A stretch of 64,000 bases of DNA from a virus (IMGVR_UViG_3300032030_000019), one strand, 5' to 3'. Counted from the first letter of the stretch, positions 28,478-37,904 are shown. Notes: generated by a model from the sequence alone, not told the origin. Numbers and translations: made by a program.

Positions 28478-29998
28478 ATGAGCAAGATTTACGCACCATA
28501 CAATTTTGGTTTAAAGGACGCTGTTGTAAAAGGTGCTACAACCGCTGCCATTAATAACTTAGCGAAGAATGGTCTAGAAGACACGTTAAGAAAAGCGGAT
28601 AGAATAGGTCGTGTAGTCAACGCCGGTGCAAAAGCAATACATGGTGTCAAGACTGCGGCTAAAACAGTAGGACACGGAGTAGCGACAGCGGGAAAGGCCG
28701 TTGGACATGGAGTAGCAACCGCAGGTAAAGCCGTAGGCCATGGTGTAGCTGCTACAGGCAAGGCAATTGGTAATGTTGGGAAGAATATGTGGTATGGTGG
28801 TGGTGATACGTTAGCCAAAACAGCCTTACGTGCAACCGTCGTTAACCCGATTAAAGAAACAGTCGCAGGTGTAGGTGGTGCCGCTCGAGGTTTTTGGGAT
28901 AAATTCAAACAAGGTGATATTCTCGGAAGCATTGGTGGTGCAGTTAAGGGGGCTTGGCAGTCTTCTCGATACCAAGCTAAAGAAAACCATTTACTACATG
29001 CCTTAAAGAACAAATTTGGCGATAAATACAGTCCCCAGGAACTCGAAGCTATAGCAAAACAACAGGTTACGAATGTAGCGGATGCACGTGGGGTAACAAT
29101 GGGACCTATGTGGATGAATAAAATGAGAAATCAGACAATGGCTTATCAAGGTATGCAAGGTAGCCCGTTTGCAGGATATACTCCATACGGTGGCTATTTT
29201 CAGTTCTCACGGCCAACGAATTTCTCTTATGGGGTTCAGGTAGCTTCAAACGCCATAAAAGGTCTGAAAATAGGCGTAGGCACAGGCTTAGTTGCAGGGG
29301 GCACAGGACTAGCATCAAAAAAGATTGATGCTAAAACAGCGGCCCTTCTCGCAGGCGGTACGTCACTACTTGGTGCTGGAATAGGCGCCGCTAAAGGCGC
29401 CATAAGTGAGCACCGACGTCACCGCAAAGCACGTAAGGCCGGACTTGATACAGACGTGAATGGAATAGCTACGATAAAGGATAAGGATGGCAATGAGTAT
29501 AAGATTTCGCTTCAACCTGATACAGGACGTGTAAACGGTGGTGCGTATATGCAGGAACGTAACCTTGAACACCACGCAAAAAGTCTAAAGAACAGGCTTA
29601 ACTATTATAAAAAGACAAAAGTAGATCTTCCACGTGGGGTAAAAGGGAAAGACATGATCCTGATTAATCCCAAAACAGCTGACTACGACGCAGATGCCAT
29701 TAAAGGCATTACGTTACATGAAGTAGGCCATAAACAAACGCAAGATCTTATGCATAAACATGATAAGCAATACCAGAACATGCGACGTGAGGAAGAAGCC
29801 GTTGCTGACAAGTATGCGATTGAACATGGTGCCGATCCTAAGGTAATGTTAGCACTCTTGGAAAAACAAACACGTAGGGACTATAGTAGGAACCCAAAAT
29901 TCGCGAACTTACCCAAAGAGAAACAGGACGCAATCGTACGTAGAGCCATACAAAACTATCGTGGAGATTATCTGCATAAACAGGCCGAGAAAGATTGA
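28478..29998 (+). CDS. Two-module protein: 11-mer amphipathic repeat module plus glycine-zipper/HExxH peptidase module
   Basis: Leader ending APYNF-G; KAVGHGVATAG repeats; junction YFQFS...TNFS; LHEVGHK...EAVADKYA paralogous to 12904 gene. Confidence 0.78.
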   Translation: MSKIYAPYNFGLKDAVVKGATTAAINNLAKNGLEDTLRKADRIGRVVNAGAKAIHGVKTAAKTVGHGVATAGKAVGHGVATAGKAVGHGVAATGKAIGNVGKNMWYGGGDTLAKTALRATVVNPIKETVAGVGGAARGFWDKFKQGDILGSIGGAVKGAWQSSRYQAKENHLLHALKNKFGDKYSPQELEAIAKQQVTNVADARGVTMGPMWMNKMRNQTMAYQGMQGSPFAGYTPYGGYFQFSRPTNFSYGVQVASNAIKGLKIGVGTGLVAGGTGLASKKIDAKTAALLAGGTSLLGAGIGAAKGAISEHRRHRKARKAGLDTDVNGIATIKDKDGNEYKISLQPDTGRVNGGAYMQERNLEHHAKSLKNRLNYYKKTKVDLPRGVKGKDMILINPKTADYDADAIKGITLHEVGHKQTQDLMHKHDKQYQNMRREEEAVADKYAIEHGADPKVMLALLEKQTRRDYSRNPKFANLPKEKQDAIVRRAIQNYRGDYLHKQAEKD

Positions 29999-30032
29999 GG
30001 TAATATATGTACAAACGTAGGAGGTAACGTAT

Positions 30033-31337
30033 ATGAGCGCCATGTACGCACAACACACACGCAAACGTTACCTCCACGGTATGGTACTAACGTCAGACAA
30101 GATTGACACAGTATGTTTTAAGCCCATACGTGAGTTAAGTAAGCCGTTTGAAGCTGAATATGACTTTGCGAATCGCTTACTTGAGATTACGTACGCACCT
30201 GATTGTACCACCGAAGATTTGCACAGAATTAAGGAAGTTACGTCAGTCGATTTACGTATAGTTGAAGGCTTACAGGGATGTTATGACTTAATGGATACGA
30301 TAACGTGTAATGACGTAGAGTACATACAGGGTGAAATTCCGGTGCGTACGTTAAGCCAATACTTAGTTGCGGATCGTATATGCGTAAGTTCTGACGTAGT
30401 AATGTATGATGGTTGTTGTAACATATTGATACGTGAGTCTGATTTAAAAGATGAAACGTTTGATTACTTGAACTTTGTAAACAGTCACGATGAAGTGTAT
30501 GCATGGATCAAACCTAAAGACCCATACAAAAAGGGTCCATGGTTGCCACACGTACATCCTATGTTAGCTGATTATATCAACGGACGTCAGGAAGAACATA
30601 TGTCTGACGTTGTGCTTACTAACATATATCAGGTGATTTTTGACAATCAAGAATACAAATACATAGATAAAAGTATAGCGGGATTAATACCCGATTACGA
30701 GGTGAATGATGTAAAAGTATTCGCTAGGTTTATAGAAGTATTGAAAGAAAAATACCCGACGATTAACTTTTATACAAATCCCGAAGACAGAAATAATACT
30801 GAATACAACGAATGGATTCATTATAAAATGGAACATCGGGCTGTACATAGTAACTTATGGAGTGGACGTGCTTATACGTCACCACTCGTAGGTAAATTCT
30901 GGCCAACCACAGTGGATTTTAGTCTTGAATATTCCACAACAGATTTACCGCGTCTTTTAGCGAGGCGTGATGAGCATACAACCGACTTATTTATGGTTGG
31001 CATACATAAGTTCAACATAAATGTTGGTATAAGTTACACGGGTGATAGTTTCGAAATGCCTTGCGCGATGTTTTGGGACAGAGACGAGTTGCCAAATAAT
31101 TATCAACAGCAAACAGAGCAAGATGATACAGGTTATAGCATGTATTCATGGACCTTTACAGGAAGAATACAGTACACAAACATACAATACAAGGTTCAAC
31201 CTGTCTCACCAATTATTACTGTTTTATGTTCGATTATAGCCAAAGAAAAGAACGCACCTAAGGTTATTGCGGAGTTAGAAGCTACGCAACTACAGCCCGA
31301 AGAAGATAATGAAGAAAACACGGGGGTAATCCTATGA
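30033..31337 (+). CDS. Possible tail completion/terminator protein
   Basis: C-half beta pattern PTTVDFSLEYSTTD...WTFTGRI; lies near the sheath gene. Confidence 0.4.
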   Translation: MSAMYAQHTRKRYLHGMVLTSDKIDTVCFKPIRELSKPFEAEYDFANRLLEITYAPDCTTEDLHRIKEVTSVDLRIVEGLQGCYDLMDTITCNDVEYIQGEIPVRTLSQYLVADRICVSSDVVMYDGCCNILIRESDLKDETFDYLNFVNSHDEVYAWIKPKDPYKKGPWLPHVHPMLADYINGRQEEHMSDVVLTNIYQVIFDNQEYKYIDKSIAGLIPDYEVNDVKVFARFIEVLKEKYPTINFYTNPEDRNNTEYNEWIHYKMEHRAVHSNLWSGRAYTSPLVGKFWPTTVDFSLEYSTTDLPRLLARRDEHTTDLFMVGIHKFNINVGISYTGDSFEMPCAMFWDRDELPNNYQQQTEQDDTGYSMYSWTFTGRIQYTNIQYKVQPVSPIITVLCSIIAKEKNAPKVIAELEATQLQPEEDNEENTGVIL

Positions 31338-31612
31338 TTTACAGATATGAGAACTTCGATGCAGTTATAGACGACGCTGTACGAGCACGAGCTAATAAAG
31401 TAGCAAAGGGTAATTTGTTCAGAACATTCGGCTATTACTTACAAGGTAAAAAGTTTGCAAAAGAAGATATAAGAAAACCAAAGTATGAACGTATGTACCA
31501 AAAAGCACTACGTAAGAATCCAACATTATCGCGAAAGAAATTCGAGAAAGACCTTATACGTAAGAAAGCTATAGAATACACAGTTGATCAGAGCGGATGG
31601 CAAAACAACTAA
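31334..31612 (+). CDS. Small basic putative internal head protein
   Basis: Leader MIYRYENF-D; RKNPTLSRK motif. Confidence 0.65.
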   Translation: MIYRYENFDAVIDDAVRARANKVAKGNLFRTFGYYLQGKKFAKEDIRKPKYERMYQKALRKNPTLSRKKFEKDLIRKKAIEYTVDQSGWQNN

Positions 31613-31634
31613 AGGCACTACATGGAGGTAGGAT

Positions 31635-32165
31635 ATGACAATATATCGATATGTAGATTTTGGTACTAAAAACCCGATTCAGCTGTCTCAACCGGGTGGG
31701 GCTATGGGTACTGATTGGTGGAGCCCTACTAAACTTATTAAAGAGGGCTTAGCCAAAGACGCCGCAGGAGCTATTTGGAGAAACCGTCATCGTGTAATTA
31801 AAAGTGCGAGAGAAGGTTATCAAAACGCGAAAGACAAGCTAGAAAATGAGATAGAAGAAAAATATCAGATAGCCCGAGAGATAGATCCAAATATCACACG
31901 GAAAGAGTTTGAAAAGAAGGCCGGGTTACGTGGCTGGTCAGGTTTTAAGGCCAAGCAGGGCTATAAATTAGCACACATGGGGGCTCATTTGGTTAAAAAT
32001 GATGCTCCTACAGTTCTGATTTCTGATGTCAAAGAACAAACGTACAAGAAAGCAAAACGCGAGTCCGATGCACAACATCGTATAGCTATGAAGGATCGTG
32101 ATAAGATACTTAAGGAAAACATACGCCTACGTGAACAACTTGCAAAAGCACAAAACCGAGGTTAA
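31635..32165 (+). CDS. Basic putative internal head protein
   Basis: Leader MTIYRYVDF-G; EIDPNITRKEF motif. Confidence 0.65.
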   Translation: MTIYRYVDFGTKNPIQLSQPGGAMGTDWWSPTKLIKEGLAKDAAGAIWRNRHRVIKSAREGYQNAKDKLENEIEEKYQIAREIDPNITRKEFEKKAGLRGWSGFKAKQGYKLAHMGAHLVKNDAPTVLISDVKEQTYKKAKRESDAQHRIAMKDRDKILKENIRLREQLAKAQNRG

Positions 32166-32169
32166 TGCC

Positions 32170-32541
32170 ATGAAGATATACACATACGTAGGTTTTAATG
32201 TTGACAAAAAGAAAGTATCTAAAAAGGACGACAAAGAGCTATCATGGGATAAAGGTTCGCGACGTGTGCTAACTGATGCGACAATCGGATTAGGTGTAGG
32301 CGGGGTCGTAGGCGGGATTGCGACGGCTATACGTTTTAGAAAAATGGTAAAACAATTAATGAAAGTCAACCCGAATTTAACCTTGGAACAGGCTAAGGAT
32401 ATTGCACGTAAAAAGTACAGTATTGGTGAGGGAATTGCTTCAGGAATGTCAGCAGGGTCAACGTTAGGTGGATTGGTAGGATACACGAAAAATGAGATTC
32501 AATCCACAAAATACATTCATAATCATAAAAAGGGAAAATAA
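32170..32541 (+). CDS. Glycine-zipper putative internal head protein
   Basis: Start moved to ATG 32170; leader MKIYTYVGF-N; two GxxxG helices. Confidence 0.65.
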   Translation: MKIYTYVGFNVDKKKVSKKDDKELSWDKGSRRVLTDATIGLGVGGVVGGIATAIRFRKMVKQLMKVNPNLTLEQAKDIARKKYSIGEGIASGMSAGSTLGGLVGYTKNEIQSTKYIHNHKKGK

Positions 32542-32559
32542 GCTCCCGGAGGATAGAAA

Positions 32560-35451
32560 ATGTCACTATTACCATATACCCAAACATATGCTGTAGACAT
32601 GACGAGAGGAATTACAGCAGCAACTCCTCCGGCCTCATTGAATATAGCATCACTTATTGTAGCTGATACAGGACCCGTAGATCGTGTGACTCTACGAAAT
32701 CAATCTGATTTGGTTGACGTATTCTGTACAGGCACAGCTATTTCAGCAACAGACAACGAAACAATTCAATTTAACGGTGCACTTCTAACACAGGTAGCTA
32801 CTGATGTATTTCGTGTAGACACATCAGCAATGCGTATAGGAGTAGGTTCGACAGGCTCTAAGTTGTATTTCGACAAAGAGTTTAATTTACTCGAAAAAGT
32901 GACACGTGCACAATTACTTGAGAAGCCTTCGGCACTTACGTCATTATATGTAGTTCTGACACCAGCTGATAACGCGGTTTCACCTATAGATGGGAATGTT
33001 ATGTCAGGGGATCAGATATACTATATCGGAGAAGCTCCGAGTGGTATTTCAGGAACTGCAACCAACTTAACTGTAGACGGTGAAAACATTACCATTGCAA
33101 ACTTTATTAAGATATTGCACAAAAACGGTATTGTATTGACATACACAGAGAACGCTGGTAATTATGTAAGCACACTTTGCCCAGCATTCAAAGCTATTGT
33201 GATTGAGAAAGGCAATAGATTAGGTGATTTATATAATGTTACTGAAGACAATTTCAGCAACATACTAAATATTGTTGCAGCTACAGACACACAAGTTGAT
33301 AGCAACAATTACTTTTTAACAATTGATTCACGGAAAGGATTTATCCCTGAGGGCAGCCAAGTACAAACGAATGTAAATGAGACAATCGAGATTCCTACAC
33401 ATGATATTCCGAATTACCCATCACGTTCATTCATGATTAAGGTATTGAATTCGATTTACGGAAGTACTGATCTCTCAAACCCATGGACACAGGACATCAA
33501 AATTTCTTTCAATATTGCAAAGAAACTGAGTGACGATACCAAGAGTTTCTTAAGTCAGTATGCAATAATCGAAGAAACTACTGAGACTATCACGACAGGT
33601 GGCGAACAAACTGGTGGCCAAGATACTCCTGATGATACTAGCGACGATACATACGCTCCAATAGTAACTGAAGAAGTAACAACTACAAAAATCACAGCCT
33701 ACAATGCTATTGATTTTGCTCCTGAGGGTAAGACGCTTACGAGTGAAGATGGAACACTTGAGTACATCGTAGTTGGTACAAACACAACGATGCAGTTTGT
33801 GCTTCTTGATCTGTATGAATCGAATCTCGATGTAGCTTCAGACTTAACAATTACAAACACACAAGGTGGTGATCCGTACTTCGCGTATAGTGGATTAAGT
33901 ACTACTACAGTTACAGTTGATAATGTAGCACTCACGTATTCGACTCCGGATACTACATTTGTACGTATGAACAACGCAACAGACGCAACCAACTCCACAT
34001 ACAAAGTCGAGGATGAAATCTATATTATCGTAGACAATTATTGTTTCTACGCAGGCGATAAACCTGATCAACCTGATGAGTATGATGCAGAAACAAACGG
34101 TGTATTAAGCTACGTAACTGTATCAAAGGAAAAGATGTCTATCCCTGACTTCTTGGAGGCCGTTAAGTCCAAGATAGCCGAGATATTCGTTGTAGGATCA
34201 GGTTTTGGTAGCTTCTTATTAGTAAGTGGCAAGCATGATTTCGTAACATCAGAAAACATTCAGATGAATAACGAAATGATTGTAGATCAGAGCAAAATAA
34301 CTGATTCATTCGCGATAGTATGCCGATTTACATCGTCATTACCATTATTCCGATTTGCATATGAAAGAAATAAAGATATCTCTAACTATGAAGCATATGA
34401 CTTAACATACAGATTTAAGTCTACAGAGAATACGATTACTATCGCATTTGATGGTGCAGCTATAGACGGATACGGCAAGTCACTGTACTACGATAATTAC
34501 AATGAAGGAGAAGCTTCGAATCCATATATCTTTATCAAGAAGCTAGATGGCGACGAAATTCTCTCAAGTTATGTATCGAGTGAATTTGGTAACGAAGTAC
34601 TGAATAACGCCCCAACAGAGGCCGATTATGCAGCCGCAATACTAAAATATCTCGACGTAAAAGAAAAGCAGTACGACGTTGTAACCGACGCAGGCCACGT
34701 AAGTGTATCATTAGCCAACGCATGTAAACGTGTAGCGGATGAACGCTTTACAATGTATTACCCATCGTTCCCACCAAAGAAGGACGTAGCATCACTGAAA
34801 GAGTATGGAAGCTCAATTAACTTAAACGACTCTAAAGGTTATTATCTCGTTCCGTCACATAAGAGCACCTATAACGGTCAGTTCTTGACAACAGTACCGG
34901 CTTCACTAACAATGATCTTTGCGCGAGTTAATGCCTTCTCTACTACTGTAGCGGAGTTCAGTCCTTTGTTCGGTACGGTTAAAGGTGTAGCAACTGCACC
35001 ATACATGATTAAGAATTTCACGAATGCTGAGGCTCAAGCTCTCGCAGATATGAATATTAACGTAATCACAAAAGATGTAGCAGGAACATATATACGAAGT
35101 AACTTTACCTCACAGGCAGAAAATTCATATCTGTCTGAGGAACAAAACGCGTATATGACCAACGTATTGTGTCATATCTGTGAAGAGTACAACCCGACTA
35201 TTATTGCCGAGCTGAACACACCAGACCTGAGAGCATCCGTAGTTGAGAATTTGACAAAACGTATTCAGGCACGCGTTGTTACAGGTAAGGACCCGACGAT
35301 TGCAGGATTTAAGGTTATTTGTGATGATAAATTAAATCCATTGTCAGTTATTGAGGCACGTCAGCTCGTATATCAAGTATGGGTTCAGTATACACCATCA
35401 GTTGCATACGTATTAGCTTACGTATATGTAAAGAGACTCGGATCTTTCTAA
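32560..35451 (+). CDS. Contractile tail sheath protein
   Basis: N-terminal DTGPVD..LRNQSDLVDVF; C-terminal GFKVICDDKLNPLSVIEARQLVYQVWVQYTP. Confidence 0.88.
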   Translation: MSLLPYTQTYAVDMTRGITAATPPASLNIASLIVADTGPVDRVTLRNQSDLVDVFCTGTAISATDNETIQFNGALLTQVATDVFRVDTSAMRIGVGSTGSKLYFDKEFNLLEKVTRAQLLEKPSALTSLYVVLTPADNAVSPIDGNVMSGDQIYYIGEAPSGISGTATNLTVDGENITIANFIKILHKNGIVLTYTENAGNYVSTLCPAFKAIVIEKGNRLGDLYNVTEDNFSNILNIVAATDTQVDSNNYFLTIDSRKGFIPEGSQVQTNVNETIEIPTHDIPNYPSRSFMIKVLNSIYGSTDLSNPWTQDIKISFNIAKKLSDDTKSFLSQYAIIEETTETITTGGEQTGGQDTPDDTSDDTYAPIVTEEVTTTKITAYNAIDFAPEGKTLTSEDGTLEYIVVGTNTTMQFVLLDLYESNLDVASDLTITNTQGGDPYFAYSGLSTTTVTVDNVALTYSTPDTTFVRMNNATDATNSTYKVEDEIYIIVDNYCFYAGDKPDQPDEYDAETNGVLSYVTVSKEKMSIPDFLEAVKSKIAEIFVVGSGFGSFLLVSGKHDFVTSENIQMNNEMIVDQSKITDSFAIVCRFTSSLPLFRFAYERNKDISNYEAYDLTYRFKSTENTITIAFDGAAIDGYGKSLYYDNYNEGEASNPYIFIKKLDGDEILSSYVSSEFGNEVLNNAPTEADYAAAILKYLDVKEKQYDVVTDAGHVSVSLANACKRVADERFTMYYPSFPPKKDVASLKEYGSSINLNDSKGYYLVPSHKSTYNGQFLTTVPASLTMIFARVNAFSTTVAEFSPLFGTVKGVATAPYMIKNFTNAEAQALADMNINVITKDVAGTYIRSNFTSQAENSYLSEEQNAYMTNVLCHICEEYNPTIIAELNTPDLRASVVENLTKRIQARVVTGKDPTIAGFKVICDDKLNPLSVIEARQLVYQVWVQYTPSVAYVLAYVYVKRLGSF

Positions 35452-35482
35452 AAGACGTATAGAAAAAAAGGAGGGTACAATC

Positions 35483-37318
35483 ATGTTAAATGTTAGGCCC
35501 TCCTTTACTATTGAACAAGACAACGTGGTCAATGACGCATCAACACGTATATTCGTATTGTTAGATTGCGAAGAAGGCCCGTTAGACGTTCAAATAGTTC
35601 GTTCGGAATATGAGTTCAAGACGTTATATCAATCAAAAGCCATGACGCAATCCTACGTAATGGCCATATGGCTGTTACGTTTAGGATATACGTTGGAAGT
35701 CTATCGTGTGCATAAAAGCGAGAACAAGTGTTCACTGATGTTAGCGCTACGTGATGAGGAAACGTTTGTAAGTTACCCTGATGAATTGTTGGAAGGTGTA
35801 TATAATGAAATAAGTAATACACAAGGATACAAGCTGGAAGACATAGAAGGAATACGTACATTTGGATGGCAAATTACAATTCCTAAAGAAGGCTTTGGGG
35901 ATAAAGACTATATTGCTTTCACAGTTAACTCAGACGCTCAGAGAGAAATGTTACAAATGTCATGGCTAGGTATTGCGAAGACCACAGGCGTAATAGCCAC
36001 AAACGCTACAGCCATGCAAATGATATTATCTGATCCTACGAAACCCTACTACATGACAGAAGAAGATCTTAAGAACCCTGAAAAGGTCGCAAATTGTATA
36101 TACGATCTATTATGTAGTCGTGGTGGTTTCTTGCGTAGTGTGAGTGCTAAACGTGATGAGGACACCTGGGAAATTGAATACACTATAGACAAGCCTATTG
36201 CGAATGTAGATGGATCTTATACGATACGTGTTTATTCATTACGTCCACGTTTATACGCGAATTCAACGTTTGATGTATGCGAAGATGATACATTAAATTA
36301 TGATATGTTATGCCGTTACATTGTATCAAGTAAAGTGCTTACAGCATATTCGAAGTACGATACAAGTTTGGCCAATGTTGAACTCACAATTACATCCTTA
36401 GGTGAGACATACGTAGATGGGAAACGTGATAAAACGTTTACACTTACGTTAAACAAGTACGGTGATGATGACATGATTATAATGTCGGAGACGTATTTAT
36501 TAAAAGAACATTTCGGACTAAAGTATTATAATGACTTAATTGAGGCGGAATCAAAAATAGCGGATTTAACCTTGTATAGCTTTGACTTGCCCTCAGGTAC
36601 ATTTGGGTTTGGACGCACAAAGGATTTCACTGAAGCAACATCTGATGATTATATCAACGTGATTAATCTGATGAATAATACCGCCGAGAAAATAGACACA
36701 GAGTTTGTTATCGATAGTGGTATAACAGACATAAATGTACTCAAAATGTTACAAGACAGTCTCACATTTGATAATTTATTTATAACAAGCTACGATGACA
36801 GTATGGATTATTCCTTGACATCTGAGGTTATGTTTGTTGGGGATATATATTCTGACAACTATACATTACCGTCATACATGGCATTCTTATATAAATTCAA
36901 GCAAGACAAGGCATTCGAAGGGTATCTCGATATTCCGTATCTTTACAATGAGCATCAGGTCGACAACACAAATAAGTACCAGATAAATGCTATCGAAGCA
37001 AACAATTATGGCATGAAATTATTAAACCCCTTAGCATACTACAATGGCAGCGAAATGTCATTAGAGGGTGTCGTTAAGATTGTAATGCTTCTAAGTAAGA
37101 TCAAGCGGAAGATCAAAGAAAACCCAACAATACAAACGCCTGACCTTCAACAGATAATTTCAGACGCACAATCCGAGGCAGATGCAGAGTTTAACAGCGA
37201 TGTTGAATTAGAGGTCATTACAGCCGTGGTTGAAGAAAGAACAGCTAGAATCGAACTCAGAACGGTAGTCAATTTTAGTTACAGTAAAAAGTTCAGCCTG
37301 AATATCAAAATCATATAA
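35483..37318 (+). CDS. Second sheath-family protein
   Basis: N-terminal EEGPLDVQIVRSEYEFKTLY parallels the sheath N-terminus; lies between sheath and tube. Confidence 0.6.
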   Translation: MLNVRPSFTIEQDNVVNDASTRIFVLLDCEEGPLDVQIVRSEYEFKTLYQSKAMTQSYVMAIWLLRLGYTLEVYRVHKSENKCSLMLALRDEETFVSYPDELLEGVYNEISNTQGYKLEDIEGIRTFGWQITIPKEGFGDKDYIAFTVNSDAQREMLQMSWLGIAKTTGVIATNATAMQMILSDPTKPYYMTEEDLKNPEKVANCIYDLLCSRGGFLRSVSAKRDEDTWEIEYTIDKPIANVDGSYTIRVYSLRPRLYANSTFDVCEDDTLNYDMLCRYIVSSKVLTAYSKYDTSLANVELTITSLGETYVDGKRDKTFTLTLNKYGDDDMIIMSETYLLKEHFGLKYYNDLIEAESKIADLTLYSFDLPSGTFGFGRTKDFTEATSDDYINVINLMNNTAEKIDTEFVIDSGITDINVLKMLQDSLTFDNLFITSYDDSMDYSLTSEVMFVGDIYSDNYTLPSYMAFLYKFKQDKAFEGYLDIPYLYNEHQVDNTNKYQINAIEANNYGMKLLNPLAYYNGSEMSLEGVVKIVMLLSKIKRKIKENPTIQTPDLQQIISDAQSEADAEFNSDVELEVITAVVEERTARIELRTVVNFSYSKKFSLNIKII

Positions 37319-37340
37319 AATAGAATAGAGGTAATAACAC

Positions 37341-37904
37341 ATGGGAAGTATGAATACCATGATTAATAGAGCTAATATGGCTATGCAGGGCGAGCAGGTC
37401 TTGACTACCTATGATTGGGAGTTTGAATTTCAGAACTGGGGACCTGCACTGTATCAACCGGCGGAGCTCGTATATTTCACACGGGCCAAAAGCATTACAG
37501 GCCTAAACCCGTTGCCACAAGTTAACCTAATTGAGATTAACTTACGTGGTTATACACTACTACAACCTGGCCTTGTACAAACAAAACCGCAAGATATCAC
37601 GATTAACTTCCAGGATTTCGAAGACATGACAATCCGCATTTGGTTATGGGATTGGCTGTTGAAAATGAGTAGCTTGACATCTACGGCATCATACCGACGT
37701 GAGGACTTGTTCGTAGATCTTAATATCTATCAGCTCAACTCATCACAGCAACGTGTATTCAAGTATGCATATCAGAACTGTCTTCCTAATACTCCATCGG
37801 AGGACGTTAACCTAAGTGAACAAAAAGACAAACTCGGTGACGTATCAATGACGATTGCATCAGAGTTTATGTTACCGACGCCACTTAACGTTCCTGGTTC
37901 TTAA
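37341..37904 (+). CDS. Tail tube protein (T4 gp19-like)
   Basis: YDWEFEF...DITINFQDFEDMTIRIWLWDW...YAYQNCLP. Confidence 0.82.
   Translation: MGSMNTMINRANMAMQGEQVLTTYDWEFEFQNWGPALYQPAELVYFTRAKSITGLNPLPQVNLIEINLRGYTLLQPGLVQTKPQDITINFQDFEDMTIRIWLWDWLLKMSSLTSTASYRREDLFVDLNIYQLNSSQQRVFKYAYQNCLPNTPSEDVNLSEQKDKLGDVSMTIASEFMLPTPLNVPGS

Noticed and set aside
11030-31340. Similar C-termini DTGVII (10574 gene) and NTGVIL (30033 gene) as a shared protein motif
   Set aside because: Explained by an embedded GGGG SD and ATGA overlap for the next gene
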